Part shown: positions 9,046-18,891 of the stretch, piece by piece
Layout: each line of letters opens with the position of its first letter
How positions within the stretch are numbered: the first letter of the stretch is position 1
Assembly: GCA_003482855.1 (NCBI GenBank)
Contig: DMXO01000004.1
Coordinates: forward strand, 1-56,223
Direction of reading: 5' to 3'
Source: Candidatus Magasanikiibacteriota bacterium
GTDB taxonomy: Bacteria; Patescibacteriota; Patescibacteriia; Magasanikbacterales; UBA922
DNA length: 56,223 nt
Notes under the pieces: generated by a model
The model's input: the letters and a program-made list of their open reading frames with translations, nothing else
The model's database searches: none
What the model was told of the DNA's origin: nothing
Position numbers and translations under genes: made by a program

Positions 9046-10050
9046 TCAATCTTTACTACGTCTTTTATCATGAAATTTTTTATGTATATTGCGGAGTTCT
9101 TTATCAGTAATATGAGTGTAGATTTGCGTAGTAGTGATGGATGAGTGTCCAAGCATGGCTTGCACGCTGCGGATGTCAGCCCCATTTTGTAGTAAGTCAG
9201 TTGCATATGAATGGCGCATCGTGTGAGGGGTGACTGGTTTGGTAATACCTGCTTCGCGCGCATGTTTTTGTACAATACGTTCTACTGAACGAGCTGTGAG
9301 TGGTTCATCATTTTGTGTTTCAGCGCTCGTATGTTTCAGCGCTCGTATGTTTCCTGTTCGTTTGTCATGAGAAACAAAAAGGTATGGATTTACATCACCT
9401 CGCACATCAAGGTATTTTTTTACCCAATATTTTGCTTGTTCTGACAGGAAAACAACGCGGGTTTTTCTTCCTTTTCCGGTGATACTGAATTCGTCCCGCT
9501 TGAGATTCACGTCTTCTATTTTGAGTTTGACAAGTTCTGACACACGCAGACCAGTAGAAAATAAGAGTTCAAGAATAGCTTTATCTCTATATGCGATCAA
9601 TAATGTAGGAGGAGTTTTCTCTTTTGTTTTTTCGTGTTCGAGTGCTTTTGTGCTTATGTTTTTGAATGGAGATTCGAGCATTCTATTTAAATCACTGCCA
9701 TCAAGGAAACTTACCTCTCTATCGGGCATTTTCATAAGTTCTATTTTTTCTGAAGCAAGAGTATCTATATCACGTTTGGCCAGATATTTGAGAAATGATC
9801 GTAGCGCAATAAGATGATAATTTTGAGTATTTTTTTTAAGTTGTTCCCCGTGGACATCTACGAGACGGTTGAGCCACAGGCGATATTGTCGTACTTTTTC
9901 CATGGTAATATCATCGGGTTTTGTATTGTCCCCGAGCCATTCCAAAAACCTATGTAAATAAAAATCGTAATTTTGTACGGTTTTTTGGCTGCGGTTTTTT
10001 TCAATCTCGAGATGTTCAAGGAATTGGGTGAGGTAATCTTTTATGGTCAT
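9046..10050 (-). CDS. XerC/XerD-family tyrosine recombinase
   Basis: Catalytic set TGLRVSEL, GKGRK, HTMRH, LGH, TQIY; N-terminal SAM-like domain (RSQKTVQNY). Confidence 0.92.
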   Translation of the reverse strand: MTIKDYLTQFLEHLEIEKNRSQKTVQNYDFYLHRFLEWLGDNTKPDDITMEKVRQYRLWLNRLVDVHGEQLKKNTQNYHLIALRSFLKYLAKRDIDTLASEKIELMKMPDREVSFLDGSDLNRMLESPFKNISTKALEHEKTKEKTPPTLLIAYRDKAILELLFSTGLRVSELVKLKIEDVNLKRDEFSITGKGRKTRVVFLSEQAKYWVKKYLDVRGDVNPYLFVSHDKRTGNIRALKHTSAETQNDEPLTARSVERIVQKHAREAGITKPVTPHTMRHSYATDLLQNGADIRSVQAMLGHSSITTTQIYTHITDKELRNIHKKFHDKRRSKD

Positions 10051-10287
10051 ATGTTTATCACTCGTGATGCAGATAACATAACACAGATCATTCGAATCAT
10101 GTTATATGTGTTATGAATTATGTATATTGTACGACACTTTTTATAAAAATTCAACTTTGCTTGGTCATGTACTATCTGGCACAAGGTTGACAAAAGCGTT
10201 TTTTTGTGGTATTATAGTATTGTTACTATTGATTGTATTGGTTCGTTTGATCACAGCCAGCACATTTAGTAGTAATCAAACACACAT

Positions 10288-10407
10288 ATGCAAAACAAAC
10301 AGACAGAAGTTCAGGCAGATATGTCTTTTGTGTATTTTTATTTGGTGGCAGGTATTGCAATAGCAGTAGCTGTTTTTTTGTTTGTACCAAAAGTTTCTAT
10401 AGGATAA
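10288..10407 (+). CDS. Putative 39-aa single-TM small protein (not in the ORF track)
   Basis: MQNKQTEVQADMSFVYFYLVAGIAIAVAVFLFVPKVSIG*; ends 15 nt before the next gene. Confidence 0.5.
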   Translation: MQNKQTEVQADMSFVYFYLVAGIAIAVAVFLFVPKVSIG

Positions 10408-10422
10408 TTTATAATACTATTT

Positions 10423-11406
10423 ATGTTGATCAATACGAAAAGTGTCTATATAGTTTGTATATGTGTTCTTTCACTTTGTTTTTTTACACCAGCTTTAGCC
10501 TGGGAGGATGGCCTAGATCTAGTAAGCACTACGCAGACTACTCAAGAATCTGTTTCAACTGAGTCTGAGGAACTTGAGGGAATTGAAATAATTGTTCCTA
10601 CGGAAGTTCCGTCAGCGTTTGGTTTATGGTTGCGTGGAGTAAAAGAGCGTGTGAAAATTGTAACGACCCTTGATCCTATCAAAAAAGATGAATTAAGGCT
10701 CAAATATGCAGAAGAAAGGATGAAATTGGCTGAGTTGATTGCTGGAAAATCTGATAAATTAGAAGTCCAGGCAAAGGCGCAAAAAATGATAGAACGATCC
10801 CAAGAGCTTATGAATCGCGTCGAGGAACATAAAGATAAGTTTTTGGAAAATCCTGATGAGCGCGTTCAACGATTATTAAAAAATATCGGTCTGCACCAAA
10901 TCCATCGGGAACAAATGATGGACACTGTCGAAGAAAAATTGCAAGATAAATTAAGTGAAGAACAAATACAAAGGCTTCGTGAATTGCGAGAAAGAGGGCT
11001 TAAAGATGGAGAACGTTTATTGAATGCTATTAATAACGAGAAATTACCTGAAAAAGTTCGTGTACATTTACAACAAGTAAAAGAACGTGTCGAAGCTCAT
11101 TCTCAAACCGTTCAGCAATTTCAAGAACAAAAAAAAGATATCCTTGATGCAGTAAAAAATGGTGATGAACAAGCAAAAGAAAAATTACAACAATTATGGG
11201 AAGAGAGGAAATCTAGTTTGCAGGAAATTCGAGAAAATGCAAAGGAACAAATTAAATCAAATACCACAACACGCACTATGTTGGAAAAGGTAGAAGAGCG
11301 CGTTGAGGTGAAACCCGAACTACGCGCACTTGATAAGGTCCGTGCTCTCAAGGATAGAGTCAGAGATAAAGTAGGGGGCGCTCAAGAAGTTGAGAGTGTT
11401 GAATAA
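10423..11406 (+). CDS. Secreted coiled-coil protein, DUF5667-like
   Basis: Signal peptide; LRGVKERVKIVTTLDPIKKDELRLKYAEERM pattern; charged helical C-terminus. Confidence 0.7.
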   Translation: MLINTKSVYIVCICVLSLCFFTPALAWEDGLDLVSTTQTTQESVSTESEELEGIEIIVPTEVPSAFGLWLRGVKERVKIVTTLDPIKKDELRLKYAEERMKLAELIAGKSDKLEVQAKAQKMIERSQELMNRVEEHKDKFLENPDERVQRLLKNIGLHQIHREQMMDTVEEKLQDKLSEEQIQRLRELRERGLKDGERLLNAINNEKLPEKVRVHLQQVKERVEAHSQTVQQFQEQKKDILDAVKNGDEQAKEKLQQLWEERKSSLQEIRENAKEQIKSNTTTRTMLEKVEERVEVKPELRALDKVRALKDRVRDKVGGAQEVESVE

Positions 11407-11411
11407 TTTTT

Positions 11412-11444
11412 CAAAAGATCCGTTTCAAAAGACGGATCATTTTG
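11412..11444 (+). terminator. Intrinsic terminator
   Basis: GATCCGT/ACGGATC stem followed by a T-rich tail. Confidence 0.6.
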
Positions 11445-11534
11445 TTATACTACTATTGCTTGTAAACACTGATTACACTCCGTATACTCACTACGTTCGT
11501 ACGGGGTAGGCAGATAAAGAAAGATTATACAGAT

Positions 11535-11999
11535 ATGAAAAGACAGTTTTGCCTCATTTTACCTGATATTCGTTCTTGTCATAATGTGGGGGCAATGTTT
11601 AGAACAGCTGATGCCTTTGGTGTTACCAAGATTTTTTTGGTTGGATATACTTCTTGTCCTCCCAAACCACAGATTGATAAAGTGTCTCTTGGCGCAGAGA
11701 CATGGGTGCCCTGGGAACAGAGGAAAGATTTGAAACGTTTGATTAATTCTTTGAAGAAAAAGGGAGTGTTTGTTGTGGGATTGGAGAAAACCAAGACGAG
11801 TGAAGATATTGGGATATTGGATATTAAAGATATTAAGGATATTGCACTCATAGTAGGGAATGAAGTGGATGGGATCAGTGAAGACATTTTGAGATTGTGT
11901 GATAACGTTGTACATATACCTATGCACGGCAGGAAGGAAAGTTTGAATGTGAGTATTGCCGCTGGTATTGCTATGTATGAAATAAAAAAATTGTTATGA
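11535..11999 (+). CDS. SpoU/TrmH-family RNA methyltransferase
   Basis: HNVGAMFRTADAFG, VGNEVDGI and ESLNVSIAAGIAMYE motifs. Confidence 0.9.
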   Translation: MKRQFCLILPDIRSCHNVGAMFRTADAFGVTKIFLVGYTSCPPKPQIDKVSLGAETWVPWEQRKDLKRLINSLKKKGVFVVGLEKTKTSEDIGILDIKDIKDIALIVGNEVDGISEDILRLCDNVVHIPMHGRKESLNVSIAAGIAMYEIKKLL

Positions 12000-12688
12000 A
12001 TACTGTAATTTTTGATATTGAGACTGTCGGGATGGATTTTTCCAGTCTGGATGATGCCCAGAAATTTTATTTGTTCAAAGGCGCAGAGAACGACGAAGAC
12101 AAAGAGAAGGCAATTGATCAGATGGCATTATGGGCGCCCACTAATCAAATTGTGGCTATTGGTATGCTTAGTGTAGAGAGCGAAAAGGGGGCGATGTATT
12201 TTTCCGCTTCTGCTGAAGCTTTGGCGGACAAACAATCTTATAAAATCGAAGATTGGGAAGATAATGGTATTAAATATTGGGCGGGCGATGAAAAAGAAAT
12301 TTTGGAGAAATTTTGGAAAGCAATTAGCCATGCCAATAAATTTGTTACGTTCAATGGACGTGGGTTTGACTGTCCAGTTCTTATGCTTCGTTCTGCTATG
12401 CTTCAGGTGAAGCCAAGCAGAAATCTTATGACCTATCGTTATAGCACAGAGACACATGTTGATCTTTTGGAGCAACTTACATTTTATAATGCTACACGCA
12501 AGTTTAATTTGGATTTTTATTGCAAGGCTTTTGGCATAGAGAGCCCCAAATCGCATGGTGTAACTGGTCATGATGTAGGACCTATGTTCAAAAATGGTGA
12601 ATATGAAAAGATTGCCCGGTATTGTGCTGGTGATTTACACGCCACTCGCGAGCTGTATTTACGTTGGAAAAATTTTATGAATTTTTGA
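11996..12688 (+). CDS. PolB-related 3'-5' exonuclease (RNase H-like fold)
   Basis: Exo I FDIET, Exo II TFNGRGFD and Exo III YCAGD motifs. Confidence 0.85.
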   Translation: MNTVIFDIETVGMDFSSLDDAQKFYLFKGAENDEDKEKAIDQMALWAPTNQIVAIGMLSVESEKGAMYFSASAEALADKQSYKIEDWEDNGIKYWAGDEKEILEKFWKAISHANKFVTFNGRGFDCPVLMLRSAMLQVKPSRNLMTYRYSTETHVDLLEQLTFYNATRKFNLDFYCKAFGIESPKSHGVTGHDVGPMFKNGEYEKIARYCAGDLHATRELYLRWKNFMNF

Positions 12689-12766
12689 TGTTTGTGGTAG
12701 TGATTAATGTTTGATATACTAATCTTATAGAGCAAATGTTTATGTTAATTTAGAGTTATTTTTTAT

Positions 12767-13465
12767 ATGCGTCGTCCCGCTGTACAGCACACAATTACTA
12801 TCTTTGAAAAAATTCATCGTGATCTGCCTCCACTTGTGCCCGAAGATATTATCCAAGAAATGGGGCGTTATTTGAAGTCTTTGCAGACTAATAGTGATGT
12901 TTCTCTATTGGAGCTCGAACAGGTCATGATTGATATGGGTAAGCAGATATGGCCTTATATGCAGGCTTTTGGCGATATATATCGTGTATATGAAGATAAA
13001 CTTGCAGAAAAATTGCTTGCCCAAAAAGCATCCCCCATGATACGAGATAAGTATCACATGTTCAAAGAGATGGGGGGATCATTTAGAGATTTGTATCATG
13101 GATCTGTACACGAGATGTTTGATGAGAACGAGCGAGGAGAACTTGTAGAACTTTTGGTAGATTTGAAAGAAGATATTCGCAAACATGCAATACAGGCAAC
13201 AATGACGCACGATCAGGAGCTATATACTCAAAAGATAGAGGAATATGGCAAGATAATACATGAGATAAACAGTGTTATCAAAGATTTGCATGCACTTGCC
13301 AATGAAGAAGAGCATGAAGATTTTGCTCGAGATATACATGGCCGTGCGCATGCCATTGGGCAGAGTCTCATCTTTTTGGGACCGAAGATGAGTATAGAAG
13401 AAATTCGAGGATCTCATGATTATTACAAAGGGAAAAAAGAAGATCGTCGTATGCGTATCATGTAA
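12767..13465 (+). CDS. Hypothetical helical protein
   Basis: 232-aa ORF co-oriented with its neighbours; no recognised motif. Confidence 0.7.
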   Translation: MRRPAVQHTITIFEKIHRDLPPLVPEDIIQEMGRYLKSLQTNSDVSLLELEQVMIDMGKQIWPYMQAFGDIYRVYEDKLAEKLLAQKASPMIRDKYHMFKEMGGSFRDLYHGSVHEMFDENERGELVELLVDLKEDIRKHAIQATMTHDQELYTQKIEEYGKIIHEINSVIKDLHALANEEEHEDFARDIHGRAHAIGQSLIFLGPKMSIEEIRGSHDYYKGKKEDRRMRIM

Positions 13466-13466
13466 T

Positions 13467-13826
13467 ATGATTGATTCTGAACAAAGCCTTTCATCCTATG
13501 TCACTTCTTTGTCTGAAACACAGCGTAGGAATAGGCAAGAATTTATAAGATTGGCTTATGACGATGCAATAGTATGGAAAATTTTGCAAAGAGTGGGCGT
13601 TGCAATTGGGAAAGGTGGAGAGATAAAAGATAAAGATGTAGTGTATGCGGAGCAAATACTTGCAGGACAAAAAAATGATTTGTATATTCAGTTAAGAAAA
13701 ATTAGGACAGAAGACCAAGCACGATTGCCCGAGGTAGATGAGATGACACGGAAGCTCGATATGGTATTACGAGATTACCTTATTATTCACATGCGTGTGA
13801 CCGGAGAGCTAGATGAAAATTTTTAA
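13467..13826 (+). CDS. Hypothetical protein (~119 aa)
   Basis: ATG 13467 directly follows the upstream stop; followed by a terminator hairpin. Confidence 0.6.
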   Translation: MIDSEQSLSSYVTSLSETQRRNRQEFIRLAYDDAIVWKILQRVGVAIGKGGEIKDKDVVYAEQILAGQKNDLYIQLRKIRTEDQARLPEVDEMTRKLDMVLRDYLIIHMRVTGELDENF

Positions 13827-13847
13827 AACCAGCTTATCGCTGGTTTT
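13825..13847. terminator. Bidirectional terminator between convergent genes
   Basis: AAAACCAGC / GCTGGTTTT inverted repeat. Confidence 0.65.
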
Positions 13848-14718
13848 TTGTTATATTGTTTGTGATGTATTTTATTACATCTATTCCTGTGGTAGCTTCA
13901 AATCCTTTTATCATAGGGCTCTTGTTTACCTCTATGATAAAAGGCCCTTTTGCCGATCGTATAATGTCTACACCGGCCAAATCTATCTCAAGAATCTTCG
14001 CAGCTTTTTTAGCTGTTTTTTTCTCTTCATTTGTTAGCGTTACTTGTTTTGCTGATCCACCTTTACTCAAATTATTGTAGAATCCATCTTTTGAAGTTCG
14101 TTCAATAGCTCCAATAATGTTATTTTTATAGACAAGGATTCGCAGGTCAGCCTTATTTGGAATATATGTTTGGAGAATTATTATATCTTTGATAGAGTAT
14201 AATTTGTTTTTTAGTTCTTTTTTGTTGTTTATTTTCCATACGGCATTTCCTCGTCCTCCTTTTGCTTTCAAAACAAGAGGGAATGCAATGTGTTTATAAA
14301 TAGTTTTCTTATTTTTTTCAAATGATACATGCGTACAAATTACTGATGATGGATAGGGTAGACCTGCTTGAGAGAGTTTTATCGCTTGTGTTGGCTTGTC
14401 TGACTTTATGTGATATCTGTTTATGGCATCTTCTGTTTGAATCCCTCGTGCATGTGCTATATCGTAGATGAGTGATAGGAAATAGGAATATTTTCCGTGT
14501 ATTCTCGTGAAAAAAATGCTATTGGTAAGAGGTACATTTTTATTGTTTTGTATGAGTGATATACAGTTTTTTTTATCCAGTATAATAATGGTATCTTCAA
14601 GATATACTGGATACGTTTTTATATGTTTTATGTTTGTTTCTTTGCAAAAACGGTATATGAAATTGTGTACATTGCGCGTGACTTTTTTACTCGGGTTGAA
14701 TAGAATAATATGTTTCAT
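13834..14718 (-). CDS. RimK/LysX-family ATP-grasp ligase
   Basis: FPLVLKAKGGRG, ILQTYIP...DLRILV, NLSKGG, AGVDII and IEVNKSP motifs. Confidence 0.85.
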   Translation of the reverse strand: MKHIILFNPSKKVTRNVHNFIYRFCKETNIKHIKTYPVYLEDTIIILDKKNCISLIQNNKNVPLTNSIFFTRIHGKYSYFLSLIYDIAHARGIQTEDAINRYHIKSDKPTQAIKLSQAGLPYPSSVICTHVSFEKNKKTIYKHIAFPLVLKAKGGRGNAVWKINNKKELKNKLYSIKDIIILQTYIPNKADLRILVYKNNIIGAIERTSKDGFYNNLSKGGSAKQVTLTNEEKKTAKKAAKILEIDLAGVDIIRSAKGPFIIEVNKSPMIKGFEATTGIDVIKYITNNITKNQR

Positions 14719-14719
14719 A

Positions 14720-16003
14720 TTATTTTTTTGTTTCAATTACAATCATCTGTTCAAGCCGTCGTATATCTGCCAAGAGCTTTGATCTTTCTTTGTTGAACAT
14801 AATGATATTAAATACACTCCCTCCGCCATTTTTGGCATAGGTGCACATATCTCCAATGTGTTTGTTTATTTTGATGGTTTTGAATGATGCGAGTTTTTGG
14901 GCTTTTTTAATTCCTTTCAATTTTGTAAGACGTCCTTCTTTCTTTGCGAAAAATTTCATGGCTACAGTGTACCCTTTTCGTTTTCGTGGAATACTTAGTT
15001 TTTTACCTGCATGTATGAGTATGTCGTTCATGGTATGGTTGATACCGAATGAATATTCGTATAAGTTGTGCCTAAACCCACCAAGTCGTGGGCTAAGCTC
15101 TATTACTTTCCAGAGGTCTTCCATTTTCATGAGTTCAATATGCACGGTAGTACTGCGTAATCCGAGTGCATGTATAGCCTCACTAGCAACAGCATGTGCT
15201 TTTTCAATATTTTGATTTTTGAGTAGTGTCGGAGTAATTTGTCGGTAACCAAAGAAGTCATCAAACCCTATAGTATTTCCTGTTTTGACGTGTACCATGG
15301 GACAGAAGTGAATTTTGCCACGACTAGTCACATACGCATCAACCGAGTACATGTCACCCTCCATGAATTGTTCCACGAGTATTTTTTGTTCCTTGTGGGA
15401 CGTCTTTTTGTCAGCAGCTATTTGAATTTTTTTGAACATTTTTTTTAATATGGCCTCTAGTTCTTCTTTGTGGAAGCATATGCTTACAAATTGACTCGCG
15501 GCAAGTCCTGTCGGTTTCACGATGAGGGGGAATCCAATTTTTTTGTTTATTTTTTTCAATGTTTTTTTGGATGTATCTACCACGACTGTATATTTTGGAT
15601 TTATTTTTTTGTTATGAATATTTATGCGTCTGCGCATGAGTAGTTTGTCAGTCGCCCACAAGAGAGATTCACTGGTTGGATTCTTTATGTAAGGCACATG
15701 CGGTACAATACGCGCGAGGAGTGGTATGTGGTATTCTCCACGCGTAGTGACAGAAAATATTTGGTCCTTGTATGGAAGTAAAGACTTTTGTATAGAGGAT
15801 GGGTCGTGTGTATCACAGGTGATGATAATGTCTATGTTGGTGCTTTGTTTGGTTTCCTGGTGATTTTTTCTTTCTTTTATGTCACGAAGTAGACAAATAC
15901 GAAATTTCGTTTTTGTCTTTTTTTCATAACTATGTATTGCGCGTACCACTGATTTGAATAATGACCCTGTTAGTATGATTATATTTTTTTTGTGGGATAT
16001 CAT
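14720..16003 (-). CDS. ATP-grasp protein (L-amino-acid-ligase-like)
   Basis: FPLIVKPTGLAAS, LVEQFMEG, HIELM and IELSPRLGG motifs. Confidence 0.85.
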   Translation of the reverse strand: MISHKKNIIILTGSLFKSVVRAIHSYEKKTKTKFRICLLRDIKERKNHQETKQSTNIDIIITCDTHDPSSIQKSLLPYKDQIFSVTTRGEYHIPLLARIVPHVPYIKNPTSESLLWATDKLLMRRRINIHNKKINPKYTVVVDTSKKTLKKINKKIGFPLIVKPTGLAASQFVSICFHKEELEAILKKMFKKIQIAADKKTSHKEQKILVEQFMEGDMYSVDAYVTSRGKIHFCPMVHVKTGNTIGFDDFFGYRQITPTLLKNQNIEKAHAVASEAIHALGLRSTTVHIELMKMEDLWKVIELSPRLGGFRHNLYEYSFGINHTMNDILIHAGKKLSIPRKRKGYTVAMKFFAKKEGRLTKLKGIKKAQKLASFKTIKINKHIGDMCTYAKNGGGSVFNIIMFNKERSKLLADIRRLEQMIVIETKK

Positions 16004-16089
16004 AAAAGATAGGAATTGAGATGTCGCATTATACGGTCATATGTTGAAAAAGTCAATACCAAAATATTGGCGGATTAGTACCACCATTT

Positions 16090-17061
16090 TTATATTTTTT
16101 TTGGTTTGACACGAGGATATAGTGTGATGAGATGTTCTAGTTTTTGTTTTGAGAGGAGACCTTTTTGTGCTCCGAATTCTTGGATAACCCCCCCAGCGTT
16201 TGCAGTGCCCCATTGCATAGCCTCTGGTATGGATTTACCATACATAGTAGCGGCCAAGAAACCACTCGTATATGCATCACCTGCTCCAGTTTTTGCTTTT
16301 GCGACAATGGGATAGGGTGTCATAGCATAATATGTCCCTTGGTCAAATGTATAAGATCCTTTGAGACTGTCAGTTATGACAGCGTGTTTTACTCCTGTTT
16401 TTATAATGCTCGCGATAAGATTTTTTATATTATTTCCCCCCCCCACGAGTTTTTCAGCTTCTTCTTTGTTGACAAAGAGTATATCAATTTTTGGTAGTAA
16501 TTTTTTAATGTGATGTATTCCTTCTTCAGAAAGTTGGTATGACCCTGGATTTACTGCCAGTTTTGTAGAAGGATTTTTGACTAGATAAGCTTCAATTTTT
16601 GTTTGAATTTGTTCAAATGTTTTGCCAAGTGATGTGTAATATATCCATTTTGTCTGAGGAAGCCTTGGTAATGTGTAGTTTCTAGGTGCATGGTACGAGA
16701 GTATAGTACGTTCACTGCAATAATTGAGCACAATAGAATAACGTGTCTCTTTGTTTTTTATCAATTTAACATATGCAGTATCTACGCCAGTTTGTTCAAG
16801 TTCATACTTTATAGTATGGCCATTTATGTCATCACCTAATTCTGTTATGATAGTCGATCGTCTTCCTAGTTTTTGTATGCCAACAGCTACATTGGCAGCA
16901 TTACCCCCAATAGATTGCGCCGTATGTCTGATAGGAATTTTCTGGGCATAATTGAAACAAACAAGTTTTTTATCTTTCGTCAGTGTACATCCTTTTGCTC
17001 CGTCATCGAGTATGAGGAATGTATCAATAGTTGAGTCACCAATGGTGATAATATCAAACAT
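16090..17061 (-). CDS. PfkB-family carbohydrate kinase
   Basis: GGNAANVAVG, LFVNKEEA and TGAGDAYTSG motifs. Confidence 0.9.
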   Translation of the reverse strand: MFDIITIGDSTIDTFLILDDGAKGCTLTKDKKLVCFNYAQKIPIRHTAQSIGGNAANVAVGIQKLGRRSTIITELGDDINGHTIKYELEQTGVDTAYVKLIKNKETRYSIVLNYCSERTILSYHAPRNYTLPRLPQTKWIYYTSLGKTFEQIQTKIEAYLVKNPSTKLAVNPGSYQLSEEGIHHIKKLLPKIDILFVNKEEAEKLVGGGNNIKNLIASIIKTGVKHAVITDSLKGSYTFDQGTYYAMTPYPIVAKAKTGAGDAYTSGFLAATMYGKSIPEAMQWGTANAGGVIQEFGAQKGLLSKQKLEHLITLYPRVKPKKI

Positions 17062-17077
17062 ATGGCGTGGTCTAGGG

Positions 17078-17395
17078 TTATTGTTTATTAATTTGTTTCA
17101 TTTTTTTGAGTGTATGTTTCCCGTCTTCTTTGTGAAGACCAATAAGGATTTCTATAAATTCGACAAGTGACGCGAGTGCAAATCCAGCCATAGCAATCAT
17201 AAATATGCGATTACCAATATAGAGCGCATAGTCAAAAAGACATAGAGCTCCTACAAGAAATACAAGATCTTGCCTGCGTTCTGTCTCTAGAAATACTCCA
17301 TACGTAATGAGTATTATGCCGAGTGCTGCCACGATATAGATAAGTGTTTCAATAAGTTGGAGTGGCAAAAATGGGAATAATGTTTGTAAAAGCAT
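17078..17395 (-). CDS. Small multi-TM protein, paralog of 20498-20722
   Basis: Three hydrophobic segments; TYGVFL..E..QD.VF..G motif shared with the paralog. Confidence 0.7.
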   Translation of the reverse strand: MLLQTLFPFLPLQLIETLIYIVAALGIILITYGVFLETERRQDLVFLVGALCLFDYALYIGNRIFMIAMAGFALASLVEFIEILIGLHKEDGKHTLKKMKQINKQ

Positions 17396-17526
17396 ATATT
17401 AGATATTTAGGTAGGTTAGGTATTAAGTATTAGGTTGTAGGTATGTGTGTAGTATATCAGAGTTCTATGTTGTGAGAAAGGGTTTCCTCACGTATAATAC
17501 ACGAGTTGAAATAACAAATACGAGAT

Positions 17527-18891
17527 ATGAAATATGATCTAAAAAAGTTTTTACATGACCCTATTTTGATTTGCATGAGTATTTTTTTGGCTATATTAAG
17601 CATTATATATATACGAAATATATTTTATTATGAGACATATTGGGCGTATGATGGTGGGGCTCATGTCAATTATATTTTTACTATTATAGATGAAGGGAGA
17701 TTGCCAACTCCAGAAGAAAATTATCTCGCATGGCATGAACCCCTATTTTACGTCATTAGTGCTTTGCAAGCAAACACTTTTTTGACACTTGGTTTTTCAC
17801 GCGAGGCAGTCATATATATGATTCAGTTTAGCAGTGCTTTTATTGGGCTATGGTTTGTGGCGGGGTCAGAGGTTTTGTCTTATATAGTCACCAAGAAGAA
17901 AGATGTGTCATTGTTTGTAATGATTTTCGTTGGATTGCTTTATGTAGTATCATCTACAAGTCGTTATATTACCAATGAATTATTTTTTCACGCGCTTACC
18001 CTGTGGTGGCTTATATTGTTTTTTTATTGGCGCATGCATACACACAGCTTTTGGAACTGGAAGCGTTGGCTTGTATTGGTGCTCGGTTTGAGTATTTTGG
18101 TATGGGTTAAGTTGACAGCATGGGTCGTTGTTTTGGCAATTATTGTATGGCTTATCATATATAGTCTCACGCATAGATATTGGAGAGGACTACTTATAGC
18201 CGGGTTTATTTTTATAGTTGTGGGAGTATTGTATAGTCCGTGGCTCATACATAAATACAAGGTGTATGGCACAGCATTTACTATAAATAGTTATGAAATA
18301 GAAAAAGATACACATATGACCCGTAAATTTTTTGTACGTTGGAATAGTGATGTATTGGATTATCCTATCTGGGATAGCAGCAAAAATTCTTTTTGGTCAA
18401 TGTTTCTGGCAAGTACTTTTGTAGATTATGATAATGTGTTTGAAAATTACGAAAGTAGCCAGTATGAACAAGGAAAATTTTTTAAAACTTCAAATGAACG
18501 CGCTGTGTCTACAAAAAGTGTCGCAAAACAAACAATCCTTTTGTGGTTTTCTTTGCCTTATATATTATTTTTTGTAATTGGTGGATTTGTGTGGTTGGTA
18601 CAGATGGCGAGATCGAGATTCAAGAATAATGATTTACTTCTTGGCATTTTGGCAGCAGGCTTTTTTGCTTCGCTTGTTTATAATGTTTGGCAATACCCGT
18701 TTCTTGATCGGGGAACTATGAAAACAATTTTTATTTTAGTTTTTTTTCCTTTGGTTGCGTTACTTAGCGTTGGTTCATTGCAATGTATTGTAGAAAAATG
18801 GAAATACAAAACAGTGATGTATGCACTGTTTTGGGGTTACGTGGTTGTATGGAGTGTCTTGAGTGTGAATGTAATTTGGTTGCCAGTCTAA
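17527..18891 (+). CDS. Polytopic GT-C (PMT/ArnT-like) glycosyltransferase
   Basis: Multi-TM; first-loop YDGGAH, then ITNEL and WVKLT patterns. Confidence 0.65.
   Translation: MKYDLKKFLHDPILICMSIFLAILSIIYIRNIFYYETYWAYDGGAHVNYIFTIIDEGRLPTPEENYLAWHEPLFYVISALQANTFLTLGFSREAVIYMIQFSSAFIGLWFVAGSEVLSYIVTKKKDVSLFVMIFVGLLYVVSSTSRYITNELFFHALTLWWLILFFYWRMHTHSFWNWKRWLVLVLGLSILVWVKLTAWVVVLAIIVWLIIYSLTHRYWRGLLIAGFIFIVVGVLYSPWLIHKYKVYGTAFTINSYEIEKDTHMTRKFFVRWNSDVLDYPIWDSSKNSFWSMFLASTFVDYDNVFENYESSQYEQGKFFKTSNERAVSTKSVAKQTILLWFSLPYILFFVIGGFVWLVQMARSRFKNNDLLLGILAAGFFASLVYNVWQYPFLDRGTMKTIFILVFFPLVALLSVGSLQCIVEKWKYKTVMYALFWGYVVVWSVLSVNVIWLPV

Noticed and set aside
8826-10050. Prophage or integrative element defined by a recombinase plus tRNA repeat
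   Set aside because: Only 45 nt lie between the repeats, the recombinase is outside them and looks like chromosomal XerC/D, and no phage or conjugation genes are nearby.
10095-10140. Possible dif site near the Xer gene
   Set aside because: The AT-rich TATGT tract does not give a convincing 11-6-11 XerC/XerD arrangement and fits the heptamer repeat family better.
11478-11510. Hairpin CCGTA..CTCACTACGTTCG..TACGG before the SpoU gene
   Set aside because: Single short occurrence in the window; not enough to call a repeat family or regulatory RNA.
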